Source: a candidate division WOR-3 bacterium (lineage in GTDB: Bacteria; Hydrothermota; Tepidihabitantia; Tepidihabitantales; Tepidihabitantaceae). From it: a stretch of DNA of 64,000 nt. A program made the position numbers and the translations under genes. Under the pieces are notes generated by a model, which saw only the letters and a program-made list of their open reading frames with translations, had not been told where the DNA came from and ran no database searches. The stretch covers positions 1 through 64,000 of the forward strand of contig CBFGJX010000003.1 of assembly GCA_965649225.1 (NCBI GenBank), written 5' to 3'. How positions within the stretch are numbered: the stretch's first letter is position 1; each line of letters starts with the position of its first letter. Below are positions 42,791 through 52,232 of this stretch, piece after piece.

Positions 42791-44152
42791 ATGCCAGCAC
42801 ATTATCGTCTGAAGTTATCGCGTCAGGTCGGCCACACCTTTGCCGGTTTGGCCCTAGGACTGATAGGTTACCTCCTGCCCCTGCCCGGCATCCCCGAGCC
42901 GGCACGGCGCTGCCTCGGCATCATCATCGTCGCCGCATACCTCTGGGTGACCGAAGCAATCCCGCTGTATTCAACCTCTTTTCTCGTCGTATTTCTCGAA
43001 GTCACCCTGCTCACCGGTCCACTCAAGCTCGAACCGGCGGTATTCATTGCACCGTTCTTCGACAACGTGATAATGCTCTTCCTAGGCGGGTTCGTGCTGT
43101 CCGAAACACTGGGCAAGTTCGGACTCGACACACTGCTCGCCGGAGCCATCCTGGAACGCACGGGCACAAGACCCAATCGAGTATTGCTTGGGATGATGTT
43201 TGTCGCCGCGTTTCTGTCAATGTGGATGTCCAACACCGCGGCCACCGCCCTGCTCATCGGAATGGGCCTGACCGTAATCCGTGACCTGCCCGAGGACGAC
43301 CCGTTCCGCACCGCACTCATCCTCGGTATTCCGTTCGCGGCCAATGTCGGTGGTATCGCCACACCCATCGGCTCGCCGCCCAATGCCATCGCCATTGGCA
43401 TTCTCGCCAAACAGGGCATTCGGCTGTCGTTCAGCAGGTGGGTACTGTTTGGCTTGCCGGTTACCGTCGCACTGTTTCTTTTTACCTGGTGGCTCCTGCT
43501 GCGGCTCTTTCCGCCTCACGCCAAGACCGTCACCATTCCGCCCCGCCGGCGGGAGTCGCTGAGTCCTCGTCAGAAGGCGATTGTCGTTGTATTTGGGGTG
43601 ACGGTTCTACTCTGGCTGACAGCCGAACTGCACCGCATACCATCATCAGTAATCGCAATCATTCCTGCCCTGATTTTCACCGGGTTCGGCTTCCTTGATT
43701 CTGAAGACTTCGGCCGTATCGGCTGGGACATACTGATTTTGATGGGTGGCGGCCTTTCGCTCGGCGTAGCCATCCGCTCGTCCGGCCTGGCCAATTGGCT
43801 GCTGCAATCTCTGCATCTTGGCGGGATGAGCCCGCTTCTGCTCGCCGCGGTCGCGATGCTTGTCGCACTGGCGGTCACGACCTTCATATCCAACACCTCA
43901 GCGGCAGCGATGCTGCTGCCGCTGGTTGCCGGTCTTTCTGATCAACCGGCAGCATTGGTCATGGCAGTGGGTATTGCGGTGTCGCTGTCAATGATTCTGC
44001 CCATTTCAACCCCACCCAATGCCATCGCCTACGGCTCGGGCCTGGTCAAAGTACGGACGATGGCCGCTGTCGGAGCCCTCGTGTGTACCGGCGGTTTGGT
44101 CGTGGTGATCGCCATCGTGTTTGCCGTGTCCAAACTGCTCGGCTACCTGTAA
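42791..44152 (+). CDS. SLC13/DASS family anion transporter
   Basis: WVTEAIP, SMWMSNTAAT, GGIATPIGSPPNAI, FISNTS, PISTPPNAIAY. Confidence 0.93.
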   Translation: MPAHYRLKLSRQVGHTFAGLALGLIGYLLPLPGIPEPARRCLGIIIVAAYLWVTEAIPLYSTSFLVVFLEVTLLTGPLKLEPAVFIAPFFDNVIMLFLGGFVLSETLGKFGLDTLLAGAILERTGTRPNRVLLGMMFVAAFLSMWMSNTAATALLIGMGLTVIRDLPEDDPFRTALILGIPFAANVGGIATPIGSPPNAIAIGILAKQGIRLSFSRWVLFGLPVTVALFLFTWWLLLRLFPPHAKTVTIPPRRRESLSPRQKAIVVVFGVTVLLWLTAELHRIPSSVIAIIPALIFTGFGFLDSEDFGRIGWDILILMGGGLSLGVAIRSSGLANWLLQSLHLGGMSPLLLAAVAMLVALAVTTFISNTSAAAMLLPLVAGLSDQPAALVMAVGIAVSLSMILPISTPPNAIAYGSGLVKVRTMAAVGALVCTGGLVVVIAIVFAVSKLLGYL

Positions 44153-44162
44153 AGGAGACAAA

Positions 44163-44528
44163 ATGGAAAGCGCCAAGGCGGAGTGCTGCCCCAGGTGCAA
44201 CGGCACCCGCATGACCAATCTAGTCTATGTTCGCACTGGCCACGACACCTGCGTTTTTGTCAAATGCGCTGATTGCGGTAGCTATGTCGCCCGCTACGTC
44301 CTGTCCCGATACACGTCAGATCGGACCTATGAATCTCTCTTGGAGAATCTGCGCGGCTTTGCCCATGGTTCGGGTAAGCGCTGCCTTCAGGAAATCGAAG
44401 AATTCAACACAATGGTCAGGGCGGAATTCGAGCACGTCCAGAAGATTGCTGCTGCGAATCCGCAGGACCGCCGCGTAGAAGAAATGATCCGCGATGCCCA
44501 CGAAGATGGCGCGGCTGACGGTGGCTGA
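44163..44528 (+). CDS. hypothetical protein with an N-terminal CxxC..CxxC zinc ribbon
   Basis: CPRC..CADC; AAGGAG SD before ATG 44163. Confidence 0.75.
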   Translation: MESAKAECCPRCNGTRMTNLVYVRTGHDTCVFVKCADCGSYVARYVLSRYTSDRTYESLLENLRGFAHGSGKRCLQEIEEFNTMVRAEFEHVQKIAAANPQDRRVEEMIRDAHEDGAADGG

Positions 44529-44544
44529 CCGACAACCGCCGCAC

Positions 44545-44572
44545 TTGACACCACGACCGGGGGCAGTATTAT
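44545..44572 (+). promoter_or_regulatory. strong sigma70-type promoter with no downstream ORF
   Basis: TTGACA, 16 bp, TATTAT. Confidence 0.65.
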
Positions 44573-44578
44573 TTCTCA

Positions 44579-44640
44579 GTCGCTGGTTCTAGAACAGCGA
44601 CAAGCAGACAAACGAGCCGCAGGGCGGCTCGATTTGTTTT
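44579..44640 (+). ncRNA. candidate small RNA (~60 nt)
   Basis: 5' hairpin GTCGCTG-GTTCTAGAA-CAGCGAC at the predicted +1, A-rich linker, terminator CGAGCCG..CGGCTCG followed by ATTTGTTTT. Confidence 0.5.
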
Positions 44641-44688
44641 CTCCAATTTCCAGACCGCCGATTATTCTCTCTGTCGGGCTTCTTCCGC

Positions 44689-45436
44689 TCAGTATTCACC
44701 GCGATTGAAGCTCACTATTGCCGCGACGGTCGCAAGCACCGCAAAGACCACGATGCAACCCAGGTCCAGCCACACCGGGTAGAATCCAAACCCCAGCGCC
44801 AGCCGGCGCAGGAGGTCAACGCCATAGGTCAAGGGGTTAGTACGCACCAGTATCCCAAGCCACGCCGGCAGGCCTCTGGCAGGGAACAGCGCACCAGAAA
44901 GGAACCACATCGGCATGATGATGAAGTTCATTATCGTTCCGAATCCCTGAAAACTGGTCATCCGTGCCGCAATTACGATACCGACATTGGTCAGCGCATA
45001 GGAAAGCAGCGCCATCACCAGCACGAGCAGCGGGATGTTGTACCACGACGGCGTCACCTTCACCAGCGGCGCGAGCGCGAGGATGATCCCGCCCTGTATC
45101 AGCGAAAGTGTCATCCCCGAGAAAGCCTTGCCCACGGCGATGGACGAGCGCGGCACTGGGGTAACCAGGATGGCCTTGAGAAACCCGAACTCGCGGTCCC
45201 AGATGATGGAGATGGCCGACTGGATAGACGTGAATATCGTGGTCATCGCCAGGATTCCGGGAAACAGAAACTGGGTGTAGTTCGCGCCCTGCACCCCGGC
45301 TCGACCCGCGCAGACCCATCCCAAGGACGAACAGCCACAGTATCGGCCGCGAGATGGACGAATAGAACTGGCTCTTCTCGCGGAAGTAGCGGATGATGTC
45401 GCGCTGCCAGATGGTGAAAACCGCGGTGAAGTCCAT
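44689..45436 (-). pseudogene. ABC-2 (DrrB-like) permease split by a frameshift near 45300
   Basis: N-terminus (MDFTAVFTIWQRD..) and body (NYTQFLFPG, WDREFG, FLSGALFP, NPLTYGVD) lie in different frames; the 748-nt span is not a multiple of 3. Confidence 0.85.
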
Positions 45437-45442
45437 CTGTCT

Positions 45443-46426
45443 CTAACGCCAGGCCCGGCCCACGCGCCGCAGGCGCGACCGGTTCTTGTCCCCTTCGCTT
45501 GCCCCGGTGTCGCGTATCTGCCGGCCGGTCAGCTTGAGAAACACATCATCCAAAGTCGGCTTGCGCAGGTCCACGCGCCGCACCGGCACCGAGAGCTCCT
45601 TCAGCAGCCGCGGCAGGAAACTTGCGCCCTCCCCGACCTCGATACTGAGCCCTGTTTCGACCGGCTTCGCTTCCACTGCCCAGCGCGCCCTGATCTCCGT
45701 TGCCGCGGCCGCGTCGTTCTCGGTCGCCAGCTCCACCAGGTCGCCGCGCACCGCCGCCTTGAGCCGCGCCGGCGTGTCCAGCGCGATGATGCGGCCCTGG
45801 TCGATGATGGCGATGCGGTCGCAGTACTCGGCTTCGTCCATGTAGTGCGTCGTCATGAACAGCGTGATACCGCGCTCGCGCTTGAGCCGCTCCAGGTGCT
45901 CCCAGATGCGGCCGCGCGTCTGCGGGTCGAGTCCGAGCGTCGGCTCGTCCAGAAACAGCACGTCGGGCGAGTGTATCAGGCCGCGCGCGATCTCGAGGCG
46001 CCGCTTCATTCCGCCCGAGAATTCACGCACGAGGCTGTTCGCGCGGTCCGCCAGCTCCATCCACTCCAGAGCGCCGTCGATGCGTGGGCCGAGTTCGGGT
46101 CCGGGAATGCGGTACAGCCGCGCCGCGAAGCGCAGGTTCTCGCGTGCGGTGAGCCGGTCATCCAGCGACGGGTCCTGAAAGATGATGCCGATGTGCGATC
46201 GCACCTCCCGCCTCTGGCGCACCACGTCGAACCCGGCCACGCTCGCCTGCCCGCCGCTCGGCATCGCCAGAGTGCACAGCATCCGCACGGTCGTGGTCTT
46301 GCCCGCGCCGTTCGGCCCGAGGAATCCGAACACCGTGCCCGGCTCGACCTCGAACGACACGCGGTCGACCGCGACGAAATCGCGGAACCGCCGGGTCAGC
46401 TCGCGGGTGACGATTGCCGGGTTCAT
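45443..46426 (-). CDS. ABC transporter ATP-binding protein (DrrA-like)
   Basis: GPNGAGKTT, FSGGMKRRLEIA, LDEPT, TTHYMDEAE, TLDDVF. Confidence 0.95.
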   Translation of the reverse strand: MNPAIVTRELTRRFRDFVAVDRVSFEVEPGTVFGFLGPNGAGKTTTVRMLCTLAMPSGGQASVAGFDVVRQRREVRSHIGIIFQDPSLDDRLTARENLRFAARLYRIPGPELGPRIDGALEWMELADRANSLVREFSGGMKRRLEIARGLIHSPDVLFLDEPTLGLDPQTRGRIWEHLERLKRERGITLFMTTHYMDEAEYCDRIAIIDQGRIIALDTPARLKAAVRGDLVELATENDAAAATEIRARWAVEAKPVETGLSIEVGEGASFLPRLLKELSVPVRRVDLRKPTLDDVFLKLTGRQIRDTGASEGDKNRSRLRRVGRAWR

Positions 46427-46429
46427 CGA

Positions 46430-47320
46430 CTATCCGGCGGGCCCGAGCGCCGGCTTCTGCCGGTCGGTCGCCGCAAGGTAGATTGCCGCCAGTATCACCA
46501 GCCCGCCCAGCAGCTCGAACACCCGCGGCGTTTCGCCGAGAATGGCCCACGCCAGCAGGGTAGTGCCCACCGGCTCGCCGAGGATGGCCATCGCCACGAT
46601 CGGCGTGGCCAGCCAGCGCAGGGCCCAGTTGAACGCGGTGTGGCCAAGCAGTTGCGGCCCGACCGCGAGCAGCGCGATGAACAGCCACGCCCGCGGGGGC
46701 AGGCCGGTAACCTGCGTCCCTGATGCGAGCGCGACCGGAACCAGGGCCAGCGCCGCTATGCCGTAGACGATGAAGATGTACGTGAGCAGCGATACCCGCG
46801 GCCGCACGCTCCGGCCCACGAGCAGGTACCCGGCCGCGCACGCCGAGCCGCCGACCGCGAGCAGGTTGCCCGAGGTCAGCGACGCCGAACCGAGATTGGG
46901 CCCGGCCACGACCAGCGCCCCGACAACACCCAGGACCACGGCCAGCCACACCCGCGCCGAGGCGCGCTCGCGCACGAACAGAGGCGACAGCAGCGAGACG
47001 AATATCGGATCCATCGTGACCAGCACGACCGAGCTGACCACCGATGTCCGGTTGAGCGACTCGATCCACAGCGCGAAATGCGCTCCGAGCAGGAGGCCCG
47101 ACACCACCAGCGGCCACGGACTCACCCCGCGCAGCTCGGCCCGCGCCGCGGGCAGGCGCAAAAGAAACAGCGGCGTGAGTATCAGCGTGGAGATTGCCAT
47201 CCGGCCGGCCGCGATGACGATGCTCGCGGCCGGTGTCAGGCGAATCAGCACCGACGCGAACGACAGCACGATAACGCCCAGCCCGAGACCGAGCAGCACG
47301 CGTGCGCGCGTCGTGTTCAC
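46430..47320 (-). CDS. EamA/DMT family transporter
   Basis: About 10 TM segments; HFALWIESL, GHTAFNWAL, EPVG. Confidence 0.9.
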   Translation of the reverse strand: MNTTRARVLLGLGLGVIVLSFASVLIRLTPAASIVIAAGRMAISTLILTPLFLLRLPAARAELRGVSPWPLVVSGLLLGAHFALWIESLNRTSVVSSVVLVTMDPIFVSLLSPLFVRERASARVWLAVVLGVVGALVVAGPNLGSASLTSGNLLAVGGSACAAGYLLVGRSVRPRVSLLTYIFIVYGIAALALVPVALASGTQVTGLPPRAWLFIALLAVGPQLLGHTAFNWALRWLATPIVAMAILGEPVGTTLLAWAILGETPRVFELLGGLVILAAIYLAATDRQKPALGPAG

Positions 47321-47323
47321 CGG

Positions 47324-49675
47324 CTAATTCTCACCGAACAGGCGCGAAGTCAAGCCGCGCCGGGCCGGGGCGAGGCGGCCGCCCGGCCCGCACCAGAGCA
47401 CCAGCCCGCCTGACCTGCGCGTGTTGTACAGCTCGATGCCGGCCGAGTCGAGCCGCGCCTCCAGCCCCGCCGGCGTCGGGTCCCGGCCCATCACGATGAC
47501 CTTCCGGGGCCGCACCAGCGCGAGCACGGTATCACGATTACCTGCAACACTGCCGTGATGCGGTGACTTGAGAATGTCGGCCCTGATATCCTGACCAAAA
47601 CGTTCAAGCGACTCCATGTCTCCACTCAGCAACAGCCGAACGGAATCGCAAAGGGCCATCGCAACCAGGGAAACCTGGTTCGAGGAAGCGATACCTTGTT
47701 CGAACAGCAACCGAGTGTGAGTATCCGGCCAGAGAAAACACAGGCTGAACTCGCCGAACCTGATAGTCGTACCGCGACTGGCAATCCGGACATCGGTCCC
47801 GCGGTTTCTGTAAGTTTCCAGCAGTCGTCGGTAGGCGCTGTCACCGACCATCGTTGGAACAACCAGCCGACCGATTGTCACCCGACGATCCAGATCCAAG
47901 AGTCCACCATAGTGGTCACGGTCAGGATGACTGATGACGGCAACATCGATCCGATGAATACCACCAGAACGCAGCCAGTCGCGTACCACACCCGGGCCAT
48001 CGACACCGGCATCGAATAGCATGATTATGCCGGCACGCGACCGAAGCAACGTTGCGTCACCACCCCCGGGATCAAAGAAAACTACCGTGGACCGCGACTG
48101 GGCCAGAGCTTTGCCCCCAAGAGCAACCGCTGCTCCGCCCAGCAGTATCAGCAGACCTGTCCTGCGCCAAGCCGGACGACGGGAGAAAACCAGTCCCGAG
48201 CAGTACAGCCAGACAACGCCAGCCCACGAAAGGCGACCGGGCTCCGCCACCGCCCAGCCAACCGCGCTCATCGCCGAACCGAGTCGCAGCAGCAGTGACA
48301 AGCTCAACCTCAGCGCCTCAACCAGCACTGTTCCCAGCCCTGGCACCGGATCGAGGACAATTGCCAGCAATCCGAGTGGTAACGCCAGACCAACCACAGG
48401 AACCGTGACCAGGCTTGACACGAAACTCAACGGCTGGAACCGGCCAAAGTGGTGGAGCAACAAAGGCATCGTCGAAATGGTTGCACCAAGTGCAACCGCC
48501 ATAGCCGGCAGAATCCTCCGGAAAAGAAGACGAAACAGCCAGCCCCTGAACCCGGGCCGCAGGCTCATCTGTCTTACCCAACCCGCCTGCGACCAATCAC
48601 CCCGGGTATCGAACAATGCGCGCAGCTTATCCACTGTCAGAATAATCCCGGTCGTCGCGGCGAACGACAACTGAGCGCTGACCGAAAACAAAGTACTTGG
48701 ATCGAGAAGTAACAGCACTATTGCTGCAACTGCCAGCAAACCGAGCGGCTGTACGCGCCTTTGCAGCGGCAGTGCCGCCAGGACCGCCGTGGCCATTAGC
48801 GCCGCGCGCACTGCCGACGCTGAACCACACATGACTGCGTAAACGGTCACTAATGCTGCAGCGCCGAAAAAGCGGGCCCAGCCGCGCATGCCGGCGATGT
48901 CCAAAAGCAGCAGAATTGCACCGAGTAGAACACCGACATGCAGGCCCGACACAGCCAGAATGTGCAGAATGCCGGCCTCAGCGAATGCCAGCCGGGTTCT
49001 CTCGCTCAACGATTTGCTTCCCCCCAACAGCAGGCCCCGGAACAAAGCTCCCTCGTCACCCTGAAGGCGCCGGGTAATGAATCTGACAAGATGACGACGC
49101 AAAGGCATTACCAGCAGCCGTACCGGCGAAAGCAACCACTTCCGACCGACGATTGCAAACTCACCCGGTTTGAGAACCATCTGCCCGACCAGTCCGCGCT
49201 CTAGCAACGCTGCGTTCTGGTCCGGCAATCCGGGATTTCTCGGGTAATCAAACCGTTGAATCCGGGACCGGGCGATGAGAACGTCGCCATAACCGAGTGT
49301 CGCCAAAGAATCGCCAAGCCAGACACGGATGTTGCCGCTCGATTCATGTTGCAGTGCAACCACTGCCGGGTCACCCGGCAGAATCGGTTCAGCGACAACG
49401 ACACCACGTATGACCGTCTTCTGATAAATCACCGGATCAGGAATCTTCGGTCTGCTTGCAGCCGAATAAAGCCCCGCCAGCGCCGCCACTATTCCCAGCA
49501 GAGTGAATCCTCGTGTAGGTCGCCAGAGGGCCACTCCGAACGCCGCGGCGAGCAGCCAGACCCACCAGGGCAGGTCGACTGTTCGACCGGCAGCGATACC
49601 CACTGCCAGAGCCACCAGGGCCCGCAGGGCCGCATGGCGCATGCCAATTCCTGAAACCGGGTTGGCTCCAATCAC
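47324..49675 (-). CDS. comEC: DNA uptake channel ComEC/Rec2
   Basis: RNPG, GILHILAVSGLHVG, RAALM, QLSFAAT; beta-lactamase-like SHPDRDHYGG and SPHHGS. Confidence 0.92.
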   Translation of the reverse strand: MIGANPVSGIGMRHAALRALVALAVGIAAGRTVDLPWWVWLLAAAFGVALWRPTRGFTLLGIVAALAGLYSAASRPKIPDPVIYQKTVIRGVVVAEPILPGDPAVVALQHESSGNIRVWLGDSLATLGYGDVLIARSRIQRFDYPRNPGLPDQNAALLERGLVGQMVLKPGEFAIVGRKWLLSPVRLLVMPLRRHLVRFITRRLQGDEGALFRGLLLGGSKSLSERTRLAFAEAGILHILAVSGLHVGVLLGAILLLLDIAGMRGWARFFGAAALVTVYAVMCGSASAVRAALMATAVLAALPLQRRVQPLGLLAVAAIVLLLLDPSTLFSVSAQLSFAATTGIILTVDKLRALFDTRGDWSQAGWVRQMSLRPGFRGWLFRLLFRRILPAMAVALGATISTMPLLLHHFGRFQPLSFVSSLVTVPVVGLALPLGLLAIVLDPVPGLGTVLVEALRLSLSLLLRLGSAMSAVGWAVAEPGRLSWAGVVWLYCSGLVFSRRPAWRRTGLLILLGGAAVALGGKALAQSRSTVVFFDPGGGDATLLRSRAGIIMLFDAGVDGPGVVRDWLRSGGIHRIDVAVISHPDRDHYGGLLDLDRRVTIGRLVVPTMVGDSAYRRLLETYRNRGTDVRIASRGTTIRFGEFSLCFLWPDTHTRLLFEQGIASSNQVSLVAMALCDSVRLLLSGDMESLERFGQDIRADILKSPHHGSVAGNRDTVLALVRPRKVIVMGRDPTPAGLEARLDSAGIELYNTRRSGGLVLWCGPGGRLAPARRGLTSRLFGEN

Positions 49676-49793
49676 GGCTCAGAATACGAGCACTGTCATC
49701 ATGGTCAATCGCCTGAATGCCCCGCAACTGCCTTCAGAGATTTCCGTTGAACGCCTTGACCATGACATTCCCGCCCGAACACTTACCAGAAAC

Positions 49794-49820
49794 GCACGGC
49801 CCGGACATGCCGGGCCGTGC
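49794..49820 (-). terminator. stem-loop after ftsZ
   Basis: GCACGGCCCGG, 5 nt, CCGGGCCGTGC followed by GTTTCT. Confidence 0.6.
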
Positions 49821-49870
49821 AGGCATTCAGGAGGCAGACGACACCAGTGAAACTGGTGCGGTGACGGCAA

Positions 49871-50971
49871 TCAGTCCATCTGGCGACGGACAAACGTCGG
49901 AACTTCCAAATCCTTTGGATCAACCCATGGCATACCATCCTCCCCTACTCGACGCCGGCTGATTGGGAAGATCTCGGTGTTTTTCAGCATCTCAACCACG
50001 TCCTCCAGCTTGGGCAACGGTTCATTCAGTCCAGTCGCAATCATCGTCACTTTGATTGCACCGCGCAGACCGGGGTCTCGTGCAGCACCGATTCGAATGT
50101 CGGCCTGACCGTTGGTGGCATGGAACACCACTGACGCCGCCTGATTGACTTCGTCCAGCGTCATAGTGTCGTCACCGGCAATATTGAGCAGAACTCTCCG
50201 GGCACTGTGAATCTCGAAGCTGTCCATCAGCGGTGAATTGAGGGCACGATGGGCAGCTTCTTCCGCCCGGCCGGGGCCGTCGGCCTGACCCACGGTCATG
50301 ACCGCTCCGCCCCGTTCCGACATGACTGTCCGAACATCGGCGAAGTCGATATTGATCATCTGGCGACCAATCACTATTTCCGAGATGCCTCGAACGGCAT
50401 TCAGCAAGACCTCGTCCGCAGCTTGAAACGCCTTGCTGATCGACAGCGAACCGTGGACCTGCACCAACCGGTCATTGGGCATGACTATCAGCGTATCGAC
50501 ATGCGGACGCAGAGCCGCGATGCCATCGCGGGCCTTGGTCTCACGCAGCCGTCCCTCGAACTTGAACGGCCGCGTCACAACAGCCACCACCAGCGAACCG
50601 CTGGCCCGGGCCTGCTCGGCAATCACCGGCGCAGCGCCGGTGCCGGTGCCCCCGCCTTCGCCGGCGGCGATGAATATCATATCAAAGCCGGCGACATTCT
50701 CCCGCAACAATTCGATCGACTCCTCCGCCGCCTGTCGACCGATCTTGGGGTCTCCCCCGGATCCGAGACCACCGGTGAGCTGCGCGCCGATCTGGATTTT
50801 GTTGGGCGCAAGCGACATCCGCAGTGCCTGCAGATCGGTGTTTACCACAAACAGCTCCACGCCCGAAAGACCGGCGTCCACCATTCGATTAACGGCATTG
50901 TTGCCTGCTCCACCGACACCGAAGACCCCGATTCGGGTCAGGTGTTTCTCATCGACGACCGGTTCAATCAT
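49871..50971 (-). CDS. ftsZ: cell division protein FtsZ
   Basis: GVGGAGNNAV, GGGTGTG, NIDFADV, C-terminal LEVPTFVR. Confidence 0.98.
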   Translation of the reverse strand: MIEPVVDEKHLTRIGVFGVGGAGNNAVNRMVDAGLSGVELFVVNTDLQALRMSLAPNKIQIGAQLTGGLGSGGDPKIGRQAAEESIELLRENVAGFDMIFIAAGEGGGTGTGAAPVIAEQARASGSLVVAVVTRPFKFEGRLRETKARDGIAALRPHVDTLIVMPNDRLVQVHGSLSISKAFQAADEVLLNAVRGISEIVIGRQMINIDFADVRTVMSERGGAVMTVGQADGPGRAEEAAHRALNSPLMDSFEIHSARRVLLNIAGDDTMTLDEVNQAASVVFHATNGQADIRIGAARDPGLRGAIKVTMIATGLNEPLPKLEDVVEMLKNTEIFPISRRRVGEDGMPWVDPKDLEVPTFVRRQMD

Positions 50972-51007
50972 CCTCTGCCTCCTTGAGATAGCTGCCCGCG
51001 GACCCTC

Positions 51008-52228
51008 TCATACAAACCAGCTGCGAAACTCCTCCAGCAGACGAGTGAACCAGCCGGCACTGGGAAGACGACTGGCTCCCTTGCCTTCGATGCCCGATCG
51101 CACCAGCCCAACCGCAGTGGCAAAAGCTGGGTTGGCACTGACTTCGGATGGGGCGTTCAACCGGTCCGGGCGACCGATCCGGACCGGCATCCCGAAAACC
51201 TGTTCGGCCAGCTCGGCAATCCCCGGCAATGCCGCTCCGCCGCCGGTGAGTACGACGCCGCCGGACAATCCGTCAGCGAGTCCGCTCTTGCGGACTTCGG
51301 CATCGGCCAACGTCAACAACTCTTCGGCTCTGGGCTCGATGATCGACGCCAGCAACCGCCGCGAGACCTGCTTGGTGCCACGCCCGGAAGCATCTTCAAC
51401 CGTAATCGGCTCATCCTTCTCGACCATCGAAGCCATCGCGACTCCCTGACTGCGTTTCACCGTTTCGGCCTGTTGCAGTGTAGTCCGCAATCCGATCGCG
51501 ATATCCTTGGTAATGTTGTTGGCACCCACCGGCAGTAGTTTGGTGAAGCGAATCTCGCCATCCCGGTAGAGCGAAATGTCGGTGACGCCGCCGACATCAA
51601 CCACAACCACGCCCATCTCCTTGTCTTCCTCGTCGCAGACGCCGTAGAAGGTGGCGATTGACTGCAGAACCAGCGAACGATTGCGTACCTCCAGTCGTTC
51701 AAGCACGCGGATGACATTCTCGACCGCGGTCACTGCACCGATCACCAGCAGAGCTTCAACCTCCAGCCGTATGCCGTAGAGTCCGAGTGGATTGCGCACC
51801 CCCCGCTGCCCGTCAACTATGAACTGAGTCGGCACGACATGCAGTATCCGCTCATCGTTGGGCAGTCGGACCGTCTGTGCCTGCTTGATGACATCCTCGA
51901 CATCCCGCACGGCAATGCCCCGTTGCGGCTTGTGCACCGGCACCGCTGCTGTACCCGAAAGGTACTTGACGTGTTCGCCTGACACACCGACATAGACCGG
52001 ACAGGCGCGAAACCGGCTGTCCGCCATTGACTCGGCGGCACTGATCGCTGCCTCGACTGACTCCGTGGCCTTGTCCAGATTTATCACCACGCCCTGTTTG
52101 AAACCATCGGGCGGAGCGGTGCCGTATCCAACAATACTGGTCTTTCCTGCACCATCGGTCTCGGCGATGACGCAGGCAATCTTCGTGCTGCCGATATCGA
52201 TCGCCCCGGTGCGCCTCGACTTGGCCAT
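51008..52228 (-). CDS. ftsA: cell division protein FtsA
   Basis: IDIGSTK, actin-like fold, LTGGGA, FATAVGL, C-terminal amphipathic helix. Confidence 0.96.
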   Translation of the reverse strand: MAKSRRTGAIDIGSTKIACVIAETDGAGKTSIVGYGTAPPDGFKQGVVINLDKATESVEAAISAAESMADSRFRACPVYVGVSGEHVKYLSGTAAVPVHKPQRGIAVRDVEDVIKQAQTVRLPNDERILHVVPTQFIVDGQRGVRNPLGLYGIRLEVEALLVIGAVTAVENVIRVLERLEVRNRSLVLQSIATFYGVCDEEDKEMGVVVVDVGGVTDISLYRDGEIRFTKLLPVGANNITKDIAIGLRTTLQQAETVKRSQGVAMASMVEKDEPITVEDASGRGTKQVSRRLLASIIEPRAEELLTLADAEVRKSGLADGLSGGVVLTGGGAALPGIAELAEQVFGMPVRIGRPDRLNAPSEVSANPAFATAVGLVRSGIEGKGASRLPSAGWFTRLLEEFRSWFV

Positions 52229-52232
52229 GTCA

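Noticed and set aside
44579..44612. preQ1-I riboswitch-like hairpin (GGTTCTAG loop)
   Set aside because: No 3' tail able to form the pseudoknot and no downstream gene on that strand; kept only as an sRNA candidate.
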